From the human T2T-CHM13v2.0 reference genome, Homo sapiens: a DNA stretch of 64,000 nt. Where the stretch lies: assembly GCF_009914755.1 (NCBI RefSeq), contig NC_060944.1; one strand, 5' to 3'. Shown one piece after another: positions 62,716 through 64,000 of this stretch (the first letter of the stretch is position 1; each line of letters begins with the position of its first letter). The notes below the pieces were generated by a model. The model searched no databases and was not told the origin of the DNA. It was given only the letters and a program-made list of their open reading frames with translations. A program made the position numbers and the translations under genes.

Positions 62716-62991
62716 GTGAATATGGACACTGTCATCCCCATCATCTGCCATCCCGTGTCTGTGTGCTCGGTCTGTGTGTTTAACCCTGTCACTCCTCTTG
62801 ACTGTCAAGTCTTCCTCCCATTTGGTTTTCATATCAAACACTGAGGGAACATGATCAGTTTATAACATCATTAACAGGAAACTCTCTTCTTTATAAAATC
62901 ATGGTGCTTAGCAAGTTCTGAAGAGCTGTTGATGTAATATCTTGGCCTTTGAAAGAAGGATTAAAAAAATTTTGGCCTAGAAAGAATCTTG

Positions 62992-63984
<993 letters not shown>

Positions 63985-64000
63985 TCAACCTTCTCTTTTA

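Noticed and set aside
62514-62783. 89-aa ORF as a standalone gene
   Set aside because: It is SLC9A8 exon 2 plus intronic read-through on both sides.

Overview
Primate, most likely human, genomic DNA. About 60 kb of very Alu-dense intergenic sequence (roughly 80 Alu or Alu-monomer copies by eye, plus LTR, L1/L2/MIR and DNA-transposon relics) leads into the CpG-island promoter and first two coding exons of SLC9A8 (Na+/H+ exchanger NHE8; from memory chr20q13.13). Exon 1 CDS is 60449-60474 and exon 2 is 62534-62715, splicing to MGEKMAEEERFPNTTHEGFNVTL...SGMTIFFSLLVL. Almost all ORFs in the supplied track are Alu or other repeat read-throughs. I found no evidence for a new protein-coding system. 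The most interesting structures are: (1) a ~600-bp-arm inverted duplication at 53028-54420 with a 321-bp perfectly identical central tract between ~5%-diverged flanks, suggesting ongoing arm-to-arm conversion, plus a third templated copy inside a nearby Alu; (2) a MER85 piggyBac MITE with an intact CSB-PGBD3 palindrome in SLC9A8 intron 1; (3) a TSD-flanked ~87-bp orphan retro-insertion; (4) a U6 retrocopy fused to an Alu tail; (5) two MER41 solo LTRs, with and without the GAS segment. Repeat family and subfamily calls come from remembered consensus sequences, and repeat boundaries are approximate.
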